Below, piece by piece: positions 23,301 through 35,200 of a stretch of 64,000 nt of DNA. This DNA is from Nemertoderma westbladi (taxonomy: Eukaryota; Animalia; Xenacoelomorpha): positions 38,527 through 102,526 of the forward strand of contig JAUCBJ010000045.1 in assembly GCA_032718475.1 (NCBI GenBank), written 5' to 3'. The first letter of the stretch is position 1. Every line of letters begins with the position of its first letter. Under the pieces are notes generated by a model that ran no database searches, was not told the DNA's origin, and saw only the letters and a list, made by a program, of their open reading frames with translations. The translations under genes were made by a program, and so were the position numbers.

Positions 23301-26192
23301 AGTAGGCCAGAAGCTGATAGGCCTATACCGGTACCAACACAGCAGTATGACTACAGCATGCAGGGACATAACATATACCCAGGGGAGGGGGGAATTATTG
23401 CGGATAGGTGCATGGGCCCCAACATATTAACATCAACCCCATTACCAAACATACCGGTGGGGGGGGGACAGGGTGACATTCCCCCATCACAATATCAACA
23501 ATATACCCCGATGGTAGCAAGAACAACGAGACCCCTGGACGAAAACAGATCGTGTGACACAGATATATGGAGGGGGCCGCTACCCCCAATGACATACCCA
23601 AGCCAGAGAAGGTCAAGAAGTAGGACAGACGGAACGCACCAGACAGGGGAAACTATACAGCACCCGTCGAATCCATTAGAAGCGCAGGCGATAGGGATGG
23701 CCACGTTGATCGATGCTTTGAAAACGAGGATCGAGTTACCACCCGTGGAACCATTCAAGTTCGACGGGAGTAGGCCGGAAGAATATTTACAATTTCGGCG
23801 AATGTATAGTAACGAAATACTAACAAAAAACTTGACGCAGGCGGAGTGCCTAAAGTATCTACAAGTGTACACGGGAGGCCCAGCATACGATATCGTGAGG
23901 CAATATCAGGGAATAGAGGGCGGCTTCACGACAGCATGGCGGGCACTGGATAGGGAATACGGGCACCCGGCCAAGATCATCAGGCAGACGCTGAGAGGCA
24001 TAACATCGGGTGGCCTACAGGACAACCCCATTAGCATTAAGACGTTTGCTAACAAAGTCGAAAAGGCGCTAATCGTACTGAAGACGCTAGACGCGCCGTA
24101 CGAGCTCAATGCGTCCAACAACATCACCACGATAGCACAGGCACTACCGAACTGGCTGCGCAACAAGTGGAGGAAGATCGCTTTCTCCACTCGAGACAAG
24201 AAGGGTGCGGAACCAGGTTTAGAAGAAATGTCAAACTTCTTAAATTACGAGGCTGAACTAATAACGGACCCAGTCTATAGTGAAGATAGCCTGGGAAAGG
24301 GACCAAAGACAGATCACTACAGGCCGAAACCAGAGCACAATACATCAAACGCATTGCCGAGGCTCAGACAATCATTGCCATACGCAGCGACGCAGGGGAC
24401 TGCAAGTCCACAGGCAAACGAAGATAAGACAACATCATGGAACGGACAGGGGAACAATAACAACATGAATAAACATAACCCCAGTACGTCCAGTAGGCCA
24501 AATCCAGTCAATAAGAATAGTAGGGACTTTGGTACGAATATAACTGCGATACGCAATGCATTGTATAAAGAGGGCTACGACCCAAAGAGCAAATGCCAGT
24601 TACACGCAAATGCGCTTCATAAAACCATGAACTGCAGGTACTGGCAGGCGCTACCGAGGCAAGACCAGATAGATTACGCGTCGAGCAATAAAATCTGCTC
24701 GCGATGTGTGAAGAGTGGACACAAGGCCAGGGAGTGCCAAGAGAAGCCGGTCAAGTTTGGCCAAAGGAGAGGCCAAACGATGGCAACGAGCACGGTAGGG
24801 GCGAAGAAGAAAGGCACGGTGTTACTTGGAGTAGTACCGGTGCGAGTGATCGGGGAAGGCAATCGATCAGTAACAACACTAATGCTGGTTGACAGTGGAG
24901 CTGCCTTCACATTAGTCGAGGAATGGGTAGCCGAAGAAATAGGATTGAGAACAAGGCCAAGCAGGATGGCGGTAACAACCATCTCTAGCAAAGATGAGAT
25001 CCTAGAGATGAGGACAGGACGGTGCGCAATTGCAGCAGTGGCACCAGGATGCGATTATGGGGCAACCATCGACCCCATCCAAGTAATAGAGTCAATTAAC
25101 ATCAATGCCAGGCGGCCAACCAACATCGAGGTTGAGCAGTACAAATTCCTGGACAACATTGACTTCTCAATCCCAGACGTGGACGTTAGGAAGGTATCCA
25201 TCATAGTAGGTATGGACTGCCCAACAGCCCACGAAAGAATGCAAACGGTCTTCGGCGAAGACAAGCAGAGCGACCCGGTGGCCATATTAACACCATTCGG
25301 GTGGACACTGACAGGCCCAATTAAGAGTAATATACCATTCCATGTGTCCGAGAGTTCAGGATGCATGGTGCCAGCAACTGACGAGATAGAGGAGAGGCCA
25401 GAAATGGGCAATAGTGGTAGACAGCTAGAAGTAGAAGCAACACCAAGAGAGTGGGCGGAGGAGAATGGTATGAATGCAGAAGATCTAGAGACGATGGGTT
25501 GGAATAAGGGTCCCAGCAAGTATCGGTATGGAGATGGGGAGGAGCGGACGGTGGAGTGTCGGGAGGACAAACCGGAGAAGTGTCCGGTGGAGTGTCCAGA
25601 GGAGCGCCCGGAAGAGACGCCGGTCCGGTTGAGAGGCATACCGACAAGGGGGAAGCCGAGTAAGAATACAAGATGGAAAGGGAGAAGATGTGAGACGATC
25701 AGACCAGGGGCAGAGAAGCCCATGAATAAACATATGGTGGACAAAGGAGGCGGGAGAGTAGGAGGCGTGCTGCGTACGCACGCGGAATTGACAGAGTGCG
25801 AGGGGGCATTACATGGGCAGACATCGTGTATACCGAAGGACGAACGGGGGTCGTTGAAGCCTTTAATGCCAGCACACATATTAAGGGGGAGGCCAGCAGA
25901 GGTGGCATCTAAGATTAAGGAGAAGAACAGGGGCGGCATTATACCGCCGGGTGACACGTTGAAGGGTGGCACTTTGCCGCCAAGGGACGACCACGAGATC
26001 AGAAACATAAATAACAGACAGCATTTGCCAAAACAGGAGAAAAGACCACCTATCGAATTGACAAGGAGAGCGGAGCGAAGAATTAGAGAACCTATAGGGG
26101 GGCAGTGGGAGAGTTGCCTGCTGGAGGAATCACCCCTTGGGTCGTTGAGTTGTCCAACAGGTTGGACTGGGATGGAAGAGTTAGATCCGTAA
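20325..26192 (+). CDS. Element B Gag-protease polyprotein, broken into 3 ORFs by frameshifts at poly-G runs; RT/RNase H and integrase core absent
   Basis: Glu/Arg coiled coil, Asn-rich tract, 42-bp EGLVGH repeats, DUF1759-like PFKFDG...CLKYL...REYG, knuckles CQLHANALHKTMNC and CSRCVKSGHKAREC, protease LVDSGA, AILTPFGWTLTGP, integrase remnant ECEG...PLMPAHILRG. Frame changes map to G runs at ~21867-21875, 22544-22555 and 22592-22599. Confidence 0.85.
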
Positions 26193-26359
26193 AAGGTGCG
26201 GGCAGAGGTGTTACCTGTCTTCTAGAAGGGGCACCTTAAATTGGAGTTAGTGTGGAGTTTAGTCGTCCAAGTTTTGGACTGAGGGGGGTGGGATTGAGGG
26301 CGAGACGCCCTTCCCAAATAAAATAAAATAAAATCGACAAATAAAATAAAATAAAATAA

Positions 26360-27195
26360 AAAATAGTTAGTTAGTTAGTAGGTACGTAGTACCTAGAGTT
26401 AGTTAGTTAGTAGGTACGTAGTGCCTAGAGTTAGTTAGTTAGTAGGTACGTAGTACCTAGAGTTAGTTAGTTAGTAGGTACGTAGTACCTAGAGTTAGTT
26501 AGTTAGTAGGTACGTAGTACCTAGAGTTAGTTAGTTAGTAGGTACGTAGTGCCTAGAGTTAGTTAGTTAGTAGGTACGTAGTACCTAGAGTTAGTTAGTT
26601 AGTAGGTACATAGTACCTAGAGTTAGAGAGTTAGTAGGTACGTAGTACCTAGTTAGAGTTAGAGTTAGAGGGTACGTAGTACCGATAGTTAGAGAGTTAG
26701 TAGGTACGTAGTACCTAGTTAGAGTTAGAGTTAGAGGGTACGTAGTACCGATAGTTAGAGAGTTAGAGGGTACGTAGTACCAATAGTTAGTTAGAGTTAG
26801 AGGGTACGTAGTACCAATAGTTAGAGAGTTAGTAGGTACGTAGTACCAATAGTTAGTTAGAGTTAGAGGGTACGTAGTACCGATAGTTAGAGAGTTAGTA
26901 GGTACGTAGTACCTAGTTAGAGTTAGAGTTAGAGGGTACGTAGTACCGATAGTTAGAGAGTTAGAGGGTACGTAGTACCAATAGTTAGTTAGAGTTAGAG
27001 GGTACGTAGTACCGATAGTTAGAGAGTTAGTAGGTACGTAGTACCTAGTTAGAGTTAGAGTTAGAGTTAGAGGGTACGTAGTACCAATAGTTAGTTAGAG
27101 TTAGTAGGTACGTAGTACCTAGTTAGAGTTAGAGTTAGTAGGTACGTGGTACCTAGTTAGAGTTAGAGTTAGGGGGTACGTAGTACCATTAGTTA
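26360..27195 (+). repeat. Minisatellite inside element B (32-bp unit AGTTAGTTAGTTAGTAGGTACGTAGTACCTAG, then TTAGAG variants)
   Basis: Visible tandem array between the gag-PR ORF and the extra ORF, preceded by an (AAAAT)n tract. Confidence 0.9.
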
Positions 27196-27694
27196 GAGAG
27201 AGAGAGTGAGAGATAAAAGGGGTAAATAGGATATATATATTAGTTAGCAGTAAGTAGAGTTAGTAGCGAGAGGGGGGCATATGAGTACAGCTGGATAAAT
27301 CGTGTGGCCACACGACGCATACTGCTGTACTGCATGGGCCCACAGAGTAGGCCAGAATATGGATCAGAGAATAGAATAAATCCATAGGCAGTAGTAGGTA
27401 GTAGGACAGTAGGATCAAAGCAAACAAACAAATAAATACAATAGGGCTAAAATCGTAAAATAGTGGCAACACAAGGAAAGTCGTTCTAGAACATAATAAA
27501 AGTAACGGACGGAAATTGTAAATTAGGCTGATTTACTAGCTCCGAAATTAATTAGGTTAAATTTAGCTTGAAAGGCGCAATTAAGTAGAAAGTAGGCCAT
27601 TATCGAACTGTACGAAACATCTTAAATACTTCACTCATCTGTATTGCGCCTTGGTAAGGCACCACCCTGCAGGTGAGCGAGTGTAGTGTTCGGA

Positions 27695-30229
27695 ATGGCG
27701 AGTAAGCTGATCAGGAAGAGAAAGGCGGAGTCAGGAGGAAAAGAAATATTGGTGGATTTCACTGAAAGACACCCAGAAGAGAAGACGAGAGGATACTACG
27801 AGAGGTTGGAAAGGGGTCACGCAGCACGAGCGCTGCAGGATCACTTCCGGGAGGCGCACGAACAGCGGTTGGTCGGGACCTACGGGACCCCGTCACTAGA
27901 CAACGCAATCTTCCAACACTTCCACTACGTGGTGAAAGGGGACGAGGCGAAGTTCGGGATTCCGAAGTATCCGAGGGAATCACCGAGGAAGGACTGGAAA
28001 AGATTCATAGAGTCCGTCAACAGAGGAGGATATATGATCCTAGATGACGAGGGAACCGTGGAAAACGAAGCGGGTTCGAGACGAGGAACGGCAGGATCGG
28101 CCAGGACCATACTCCTACATTTGGCCGCGCCAAATGGGGACATCTTCTTATTCGACCTAGGGACGTATGGGAAGAAGGACGGGCCGAAATTAGACCGATT
28201 ACCGAAAGCGGTACAAGTCTTAGTAAGGGAGAAGTCGACGACGAAAGTGGGATCGGCGATTCGCGAGGACGCGGAGAGGATCATCGGTCCGGACACCACC
28301 AACCTCCTGGATATGCAGAAAGTCTTTATGGCTATGACGGCACCGGATGGATTGGGGGTAGTCGAAAACACAGGCCAATGCGGGGCTGTGGCGATGGGCC
28401 AATTATTGGGGCTCGTATGCCACAAACCGATGGACTGGGGAAAGTTTAGGGAAGAATACGGAGCAGAACTAGCGAACTCGCTGAAGTGGGGAGCGAGACC
28501 GGGAAAGCAGGAGGTATATCAGTTTCGCAGAGGAGCGATAAAGGTATATCAGAAGCGATATATCCTGCAGGAGGACTGGATGATGATAAGTTTGCTTAAC
28601 TTATTCATGACCGTAGTTATCGAAAGGGAACCAGGGGCATTTCTGTTATCGGGATCACCCCTAAGCTACAGGAGAGCCTTTAAGACGGCCTTCGACGGTC
28701 TGGTAGACCACCCGGGGCTGAAGGGCGAGTCGGTGTACTACAACAGCCGACATCTGGTAGACGGGGAGACAGATACACCGTATCAGAGATGGGAGCAGCT
28801 AGAGGCGGACAGACGAGAAGCAAAGCGACTGGAAGAAGTCGCTAGACGGGAGAGGATAGAAGCAGAGGAGAGGGAAGAGGAGGCCAGGGCACAGAGTTAC
28901 GGCTTCGAGGAACAGGCGGGCCTAGACGAACTTCATTGGACTTCGTCAGGGAGTTCGGGGGAGTCTCTAGGGCGAGAATTGGGATGGACGGTGGGATCGC
29001 CGAAACAGTCGACGTCGGGGTTGCAAACGATGCCCATACCAGCGGGCGCCGAGGGCGACCAACCGCCAAGGAAGTTAAGGGAGCTAGAGGGATGGAGAGC
29101 TACGGGCGAGAGCCAAGGCGGGAAGGGACATAGTGGATCCATCGGGATACCGGGGTTGGAAACACTACCAGAAGAGGAAGACGACGGCGACGAGTTCGGA
29201 GAGATGCCGCCCATCGAAAGGATAGGCCACTCGGACACGGACTGGGTTGGCGGAAGGGTGGTGACGGCCAGTGGGGCGAGGGCCTTCTGGAACAGATCCG
29301 GCAAGCGGACCTGGGTGCACGAGGAGCCGGCGATGGATTTCGCGGGGAGCACCATCAGGTTGGGCGAGCAACCGGGAACAGCACCACGGATAGTATTCGG
29401 GGAGACGATGCCCGAGAGGGGCGGAGAGATCGACGTAAACAGGGAGAGCAACGTAGAGAAGTTCGCCTACCAGCGACTCCATAGACCGCGGAGATCGCTT
29501 GGGACGAAAGACGAGGTGGGACGGGAGACATTGGTACTCGGCTGCGACTACTGTGGGAGACAGACCCATCGGGAAAGCAGCTGCCTATACCGGTTCCAAA
29601 AGGGAACCTTTTGTCTGTACTGCAGAGAACCAAGCCACAGGATGGGGGCGTGTCCACGGTTGCATAACCGATGTCCAAAGTGCCACTTTCGGGGACACTA
29701 CGGGCGCGAGTGCGACTGGATGAGCGACGAGGAAAAGTTCACAAGATTCGAGGAGTGGGCCGACGTCGGGGCCATGACGCGCCAGCGCATGAAGGCCCAA
29801 GAGTTCAAGTGGGGTTTCTTCCTCATAAACCAGGAGACCCACATGGAAATCATAAAGCGAAGGTTACCGTTTACCTATCAAGAGGTAGCAACGGCGGCGT
29901 CGTTCGCCGGAGTTATGAACACGCAACGGTACCTGGACAGGTGGACACCAGAGAACCGGAGGGAGTTTAGGGATTTCTTGGCGGAACACGTACCAAAGGC
30001 AATGAAAATGATCCTATGGGACGCCACGCGAGGGAGACAACCAGGCCATTCTGAGGGGCCACCGGCGAAGCGGTATCGGGCATTAATAACACCAGCGCCC
30101 AAGGAACCAACGACCGGGATCAGCAAGGAAGTGGCGGCGAAGGTCCGAAAGCAGAAAGCGGATGATGCCAGAGGCACGGTGATAACCAAGAAACGGGCCA
30201 GGGAAGAGGACGTCAGGAGGAACAGATAG
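27695..30229 (+). CDS. DEDDy-type 3'-5' exonuclease (RNase D/WRN/Mut-7/EXD-like) with three C-terminal CCHC zinc knuckles; cargo ORF of element B
   Basis: ExoI YMILDDEG, LLHLA, IFLFDL, LPKAVQVLVREKSTTKVGSAIRED (ExoII), LLDMQ, QKRYILQED (ExoIII-like). Knuckles CDYCGRQTHRESSC, CLYCREPSHRMGAC, CPKCHFRGHYGREC (29543-29713). Basic NLS-like ends. Confidence 0.8.
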   Translation: MASKLIRKRKAESGGKEILVDFTERHPEEKTRGYYERLERGHAARALQDHFREAHEQRLVGTYGTPSLDNAIFQHFHYVVKGDEAKFGIPKYPRESPRKDWKRFIESVNRGGYMILDDEGTVENEAGSRRGTAGSARTILLHLAAPNGDIFLFDLGTYGKKDGPKLDRLPKAVQVLVREKSTTKVGSAIREDAERIIGPDTTNLLDMQKVFMAMTAPDGLGVVENTGQCGAVAMGQLLGLVCHKPMDWGKFREEYGAELANSLKWGARPGKQEVYQFRRGAIKVYQKRYILQEDWMMISLLNLFMTVVIEREPGAFLLSGSPLSYRRAFKTAFDGLVDHPGLKGESVYYNSRHLVDGETDTPYQRWEQLEADRREAKRLEEVARRERIEAEEREEEARAQSYGFEEQAGLDELHWTSSGSSGESLGRELGWTVGSPKQSTSGLQTMPIPAGAEGDQPPRKLRELEGWRATGESQGGKGHSGSIGIPGLETLPEEEDDGDEFGEMPPIERIGHSDTDWVGGRVVTASGARAFWNRSGKRTWVHEEPAMDFAGSTIRLGEQPGTAPRIVFGETMPERGGEIDVNRESNVEKFAYQRLHRPRRSLGTKDEVGRETLVLGCDYCGRQTHRESSCLYRFQKGTFCLYCREPSHRMGACPRLHNRCPKCHFRGHYGRECDWMSDEEKFTRFEEWADVGAMTRQRMKAQEFKWGFFLINQETHMEIIKRRLPFTYQEVATAASFAGVMNTQRYLDRWTPENRREFRDFLAEHVPKAMKMILWDATRGRQPGHSEGPPAKRYRALITPAPKEPTTGISKEVAAKVRKQKADDARGTVITKKRAREEDVRRNR

Positions 30230-30927
30230 GTTTTCAGAGTCGAGGGAGTGAGACTGAGACTGGGACGTGGTGCGCCTGGAAGGCGCCGCGTGGAACGTAC
30301 GAACTACTAAGTACAAATTTAATTAATGCAAATAATCATATAAGTGCAATTTGTATGTACGTACGTAGTAATTAGTAATCTAAAATACATACGTTTGGAG
30401 TAAGTACTATAGTCATACAACCTTTCTCAATTAGCTACTGGGACTGGGGGATAACTGACTATGGCACTATGGACGAGACAACTGACAATTTCACGCTTCT
30501 TGAGTGCGACGGCACGAGAGGGGGGGGAGGTTCGTCAGGAGAGATAAAATAGTCAAAGTGGAGTTGAGGATCGGAGTAAGAGTGCGAAGTGCGGAGAGAG
30601 TGCGAACGCAATTCTAGTGTGGGGGGGGATAATAAGAGGCTGAGTGAGGGACGAGGAGGTCCGGGGGTATGAGAGAGTTAGGGTGAGAGTGGAGAGGAGA
30701 TAGGGCGAAAGTGTTGGGGAAACAAAAGTTGCGTGGGAGGTGAGCGCGATCGGCCCGACATGAGACGCCAGGCACACAGGGTAGCGTCATCATACCCATA
30801 GGGGGCGGCCTGGAAAGCCGACCCCGAGAGAAAAGAATTCCACCCCACACCCGATACTAGATCGGGATCCAGCGGGATTGTAGCGCACTTTTTGGTTGAT
30901 GCTATCTTCTTACCGGGAAGATAGCAT

Positions 30928-30936
30928 GGGGGGGAG
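30928..30936 (+). promoter_or_regulatory. Polypurine tract of element B, preceded by an 11-bp hairpin (30899-30927)
   Basis: GGGGGGGAG immediately before the LTR TG; ATGCTATCTTC-ttaccgg-GAAGATAGCAT. Confidence 0.85.
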
Positions 30937-31475
30937 TGTTAGCTTATTCAATCCCGCCAACACCCCATAAAGTTATAAGCCGATAAGCAATATTGGGAGC
31001 CACGAGATTGGGCAATTAACCAACTCGTGCCATCCCAATAAGAGTGGGAAGGAAGCACACAATAGAGGGTCAGGGGCCAAACCCCTAACCCAGAGAGAAC
31101 AGGTGGAGTGAACGGGAATACTCCACGGGGCGCCAACAAGGGTAACAACCAATCAGAGGGGGGCAAGGCATCGATTAGGTAGTAATTAGGCCAACCGTGC
31201 AGTATAGCCACTTGGCAGTAATATTACCTATTCAGTCATCTCAGTGCAGCAGTGCTAGCGTAGGATAATAGTTAATTAGTTTAGTTAGGGGAGCACGGGA
31301 CTTTAGTTACCGTATCCCGCCTACCGTATAATTCACAATATATCTATATCCTATAACCTATTATTATACACCGAACTTCAGAACTCATTTAACTTCATTC
31401 ACTCTTTATACACGGCGGGGACGCGTAAACTTAATACCAACCGGATAAATCGGGATCCTCCTGGATCCCGTCACA
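30937..31475 (+). repeat. 3' LTR of element B
   Basis: 539-bp direct repeat of 19706-20244. Confidence 0.95.
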
Positions 31476-32045
31476 TGATCAGTATTCCGATATAATAATT
31501 CATCAACAATATAATGAATAACCGACAGTAAAAGCAGTAATATTAATGTATAAATGATTATTAAGTGAATGAGTTAACTTGTGTAACTCGTGATAACAGA
31601 TATACGTTCTATAATTGAGCCTACTAATGTAAGACTAAAGACTGAAAACACGGAGGTGCCAAAAGCCGGTTCTTAGGCTCTGGGCAAAAACATAACACTG
31701 AACTACTGAGTTTCTGTATACACCTCCAACACAGAGACAAAAAACGCTCTGATTGGTCAACCGAACAACGAGAGAACAAAGAAACAAAGAAACGTCGACG
31801 TGGCAATATCAGCTGTTAGCCGTCGTCATGGTAGCGACACTGTTTTCAAGAGTATCTAGCTTATCGCGTCACGAGATTGCGGATTATGTCCTCTAAAGTA
31901 TAAATACAGTACAAATACATAAGAAATGACTTTTATGTCCTCTAAAACACCAGTACAGCAAGGACACGGCCTTTTTATGCCTGGCAAACCAACTACAGAG
32001 TACTTTAAGGGAAAATAACCGGTTAATGACGCAAAAGCTTTTACA

Positions 32046-33363
32046 GTAACTAACGCTGAAAGATAGATAATTTAACGCTCTATAAGAATGTTTAAATACG
32101 TCTCCCAGACGTTGAGTAGTTTTCGAGCTAGACGTGTTTCCGCGCAGTGAGTTAAAAAAAGTAAAAAGTAAATTTTCTTCGGCCGCTTGGCCAGGGATTA
32201 CGCACAAAGTCTGACGACTTATTTCCAGTGCGGTCCCCCCAGAACTTTACTCCCCAGAGGAAACTCCAGTACTCATTTAGCTACCACTTAAGGATGCAAG
32301 GCAGAGATGAGCCCTGGCTGGTCCCTTTAAAGCATTCGTGCCGAAACGAAAACTGCCCTGGCCCATGTGAGGATCGAACCCACGACCTACAGGAGATGGA
32401 ATTCAATGCAACCACTACACCAAGGTGGAACCGAGTTTGAAACGCGAAATTTTAATATTGGCCCTTATTTTTTCAATATCGTTTGCGCAGCAAAACCAAT
32501 CGAATATTTGGATTCCCCGTATCGATATTAACCGTATAAAATGTACCTTAACTATGTAGAGTCAAAAATAAAAAAGTTATTAGTTATAAACATTTTATCA
32601 TTTTCCGGCCCTTTTTGGACCCTTTTGCCAACATATTGTTTGTACCCCCATTCGATAGGATCGTAGCCCCTGTGGTGTTTTATGCATTCCGAAAAAGAAT
32701 TGGCGGATTCCTACTAGCGTTGTCGAATTAAAAATTTCGGAAATATAAAATATATAAAAAAGATGAGAAAAAACGGACAAAGTTACGGCCCCTTTTTCCA
32801 CCCGAAATTTTAATAAATATCTTACCCCCATTCGATACGAAGATAACGCCACTCTTCCCCTTTTAAACTGCGTTACTTTCGTCCCCGTACGATTAATATT
32901 AGCCGAGTTGTAGTGGATCCAGCAAAGTCATTTTGTCCGTTATTCTAACTTTGACGGACAATAGACGGAAAAGTAACTCGGGGACCCCCTATTTTTAAAG
33001 CTGTAAAAATCTAATTTTGAGTCCCTCTTTACGTTTCAACGATAAAAAAAAGTACTTTTGCCCGTGGTTTTTGTAGTTAACATAGAACCTAATGTTAAAA
33101 TCGACAAAAATTGGAACGAAAATTGTCCGTCATGTCCGTCAAACAGATAGAATGAAAAAAGGGCCAAGCTAAGAATCTTAGAATAAGCCCGCCCGTCTCC
33201 AGTTCGAAAATAAAGAAATAATAGTTGCTAGTTTAGGAGTTACCATGGGAAACACTCGTTTTCGGGATAACGTTATAGATCCTCCGGTATTAGGAGCGGC
33301 CGTATTAACCTCACTCACACGGCCGCGATTGTATAAAAGTGAAAATGGTTTCTTCCCACCAAG
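32046..33363. repeat. Interspersed repeat copy 1 (target of the A2 and SINE insertions); probable non-autonomous DNA element
   Basis: Highly similar to 35201-36233 once the SINE is removed; both end in GAAAATGGTTTC.TCCCACCAAG. Confidence 0.85.
32154..32432 (-). mobile_element. tRNA-derived SINE with a Deu/Nin-like central domain
   Basis: Minus strand has A box TGGTGTAGTGG, B box GGTTCGATCC, core CTCTGCCTTGCATCCTT...TAAATGAGTACTGG...CTGGGGAGTAAAG and a (TTTAC)n tail. GAGTT flanks both sides. Absent from the paralogous site at ~35305. Confidence 0.8.
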
Positions 33364-33957
33364 GCGGACCCATAATGAAGATATACTTTATGAAAGACCA
33401 CGAGGTAAAGGGAAAAGTGATGGAGGGAAGAGGAAAGATATGGGGTATGGGTCGAAAGACATGATGAGGGAAGAAAAGCTGATCTCGTTAATTTTATATT
33501 ACTTGTTATTTTATGTAATATATTTTTGCTCCGACTGAATGCTTGCTCTATAGTCTATATACTGGTTACCCATGAATATTAATATATACTACATTATCGT
33601 TTGTACATAATACGAAGTCTGTAAGTTATAGTTACTGAAACATTTCAGCTCTGAAATTATAATATATGAATCAAGGCTGTCTTTGTTACGATCTACATAG
33701 AATAGATATGGTTATTGAAACCGTTATATTGTGACGATGGATTATAGGATTCTTTCACTGGTAAATCCCTATAGATGTTGAAGTAATACAATTTAATTAC
33801 AGAACCATAGTTCGAAGGTCTGCATTTTATACCACTCATAGCTTAGAAATGGTACAATGTATTGTCAATCTGAGTGAAGTCGTATAGGTTCAACGAACCC
33901 TGCGTAGTAAACAAAAGGTCCTCCAAAGCGAGTGCCTTTGGTAAATTATATCTTGAA

Positions 33958-34005
33958 GGGGGAAGTTAGATTCACTGCATAAATGCAGTTCATCTAACTT
34001 CCCCC
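33958..34005. repeat. Near-perfect 48-bp palindrome
   Basis: GGGGGAAGTTAGAT-tc-ACTGCAT-aa-ATGCAGT-tc-ATCTAACTTCCCCC. Confidence 0.85.
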
Positions 34006-35200
34006 AAATATCCACTATTGAATAAATTTGAAAGGATATTATTAAGTCCAAAATTGTGAGAGGTTTTAATTGTGTGGTCCAATTGTTATTTGATCTCTAT
34101 TTATTGTTTAAAGTGCATTTAATATCATACTGGTTTTTTTAGAATATTATAACCTTATATTTTATTAATTTACCCAATCGAACCCTTATATGGACCAGTT
34201 ATTCGTACACATGTCCCTAATGCGCTCAGTAAGGTCCAAACAACATATTAATATGAAAATAAAGTATCTGCAACGAAAAGAACCCAATACTATACTATTT
34301 GATCTCATTAAAAATTTGCACTTTTGCACACTTATTTGCACAAGTGCACTTTAGCAGATCCTAATGGTGGATCTTATTTAACAAACTTATGTTTATCCTC
34401 TACCGATCTACGATAGTGTATGATCAAGTGTCTGTTGCTAAAAGTGTAAAAAATCCAATTTAAAAAATCTCAACATTAGCGATTTTGGACCATATTCATG
34501 GACGTTTTATGTCACTTTATAGACATAAAAAGTTAAACAAATGTTAAGATTATAGTTAGAAATCACACTAAACTACATTTTAATCCAAAAAATAACATAC
34601 TAGGATGTATAGAACTTGAAATAATACTGTTTGAATTATCGAAAAAATGTGCACTTTTTAAGTGCATATTGCACTAAGTGCACATGCGTTTTTACCAAGT
34701 TGTATCCTATTTCACACACTTCAATCTATTCTCTATCCAATGAAAAACATTTCAGATCAAACGGCCCAGTAGAACCAGAGTTATTGATGTTTAAAAAAAG
34801 ATACTCGAAAATTAAAATTTCACTTTTTTATTTTTTCACTAAAATCGCTCTAACTTCGGTTCTGGTGGTCCAAATTCAATAAAATTGGTATATTCTTTGC
34901 CCTAATTTTTTTTCTATCTTTTAAGAGGGGGTCATTTTTGGCCCCCAAAAAAAAGAAAAAAAAGGGCCAAAATTACGCAATATTTTTTGACCCTTAAAAT
35001 TCGTAATTTTAATTATAAATGTTAAGAAAAAAGATAGCGGAGGTAATTTTCTACATTTTAAATATACTTTTGGCGCAATACGCTAAATTATAATGGATTA
35101 GCGATTTTAAGAAAAAAAAAATTTTTTTCGTCCCTTTTATAAATATTTTATTTCACACGATCGTCTGCCGCACCACCAGCTGTATATTAGCTACGGCGCT

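Larger units (their letters stand above)
19706..31475 (+). mobile_element. Complete, recent, non-autonomous BEL/Pao LTR retrotransposon (B), 11,770 bp, with an extra exonuclease ORF
   Basis: 539-bp TG...CA LTRs differing at two positions that I could find; TSD TGATC at 19701-19705 and 31476-31480; PPT at 30928-30936; BEL-type gag/protease. Confidence 0.95.
6051..32045 (-). mobile_element. BEL/Pao LTR retrotransposon, family A copy 2 (A2), non-autonomous; interrupted by A1, C and B
   Basis: 5' terminus TGTAAAAGCTTTTG at 32045. Leader homology to A1 resumes after element B at 31481. The gag is split at 15022/11585. 3' LTR not in the window. Confidence 0.8.

Noticed and set aside
27695-30229. 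env gene
   Set aside because: No signal peptide or transmembrane anchor; exonuclease and knuckle motifs instead
32043-32053. ACAGTAACTAA shared with element B's LTR/leader junction (20242-20252)
   Set aside because: At 32046 the sequence belongs to the host repeat (also at 35201); treated as coincidence
32350-32432. tRNA gene
   Set aside because: A and B boxes belong to the SINE head; no full cloverleaf
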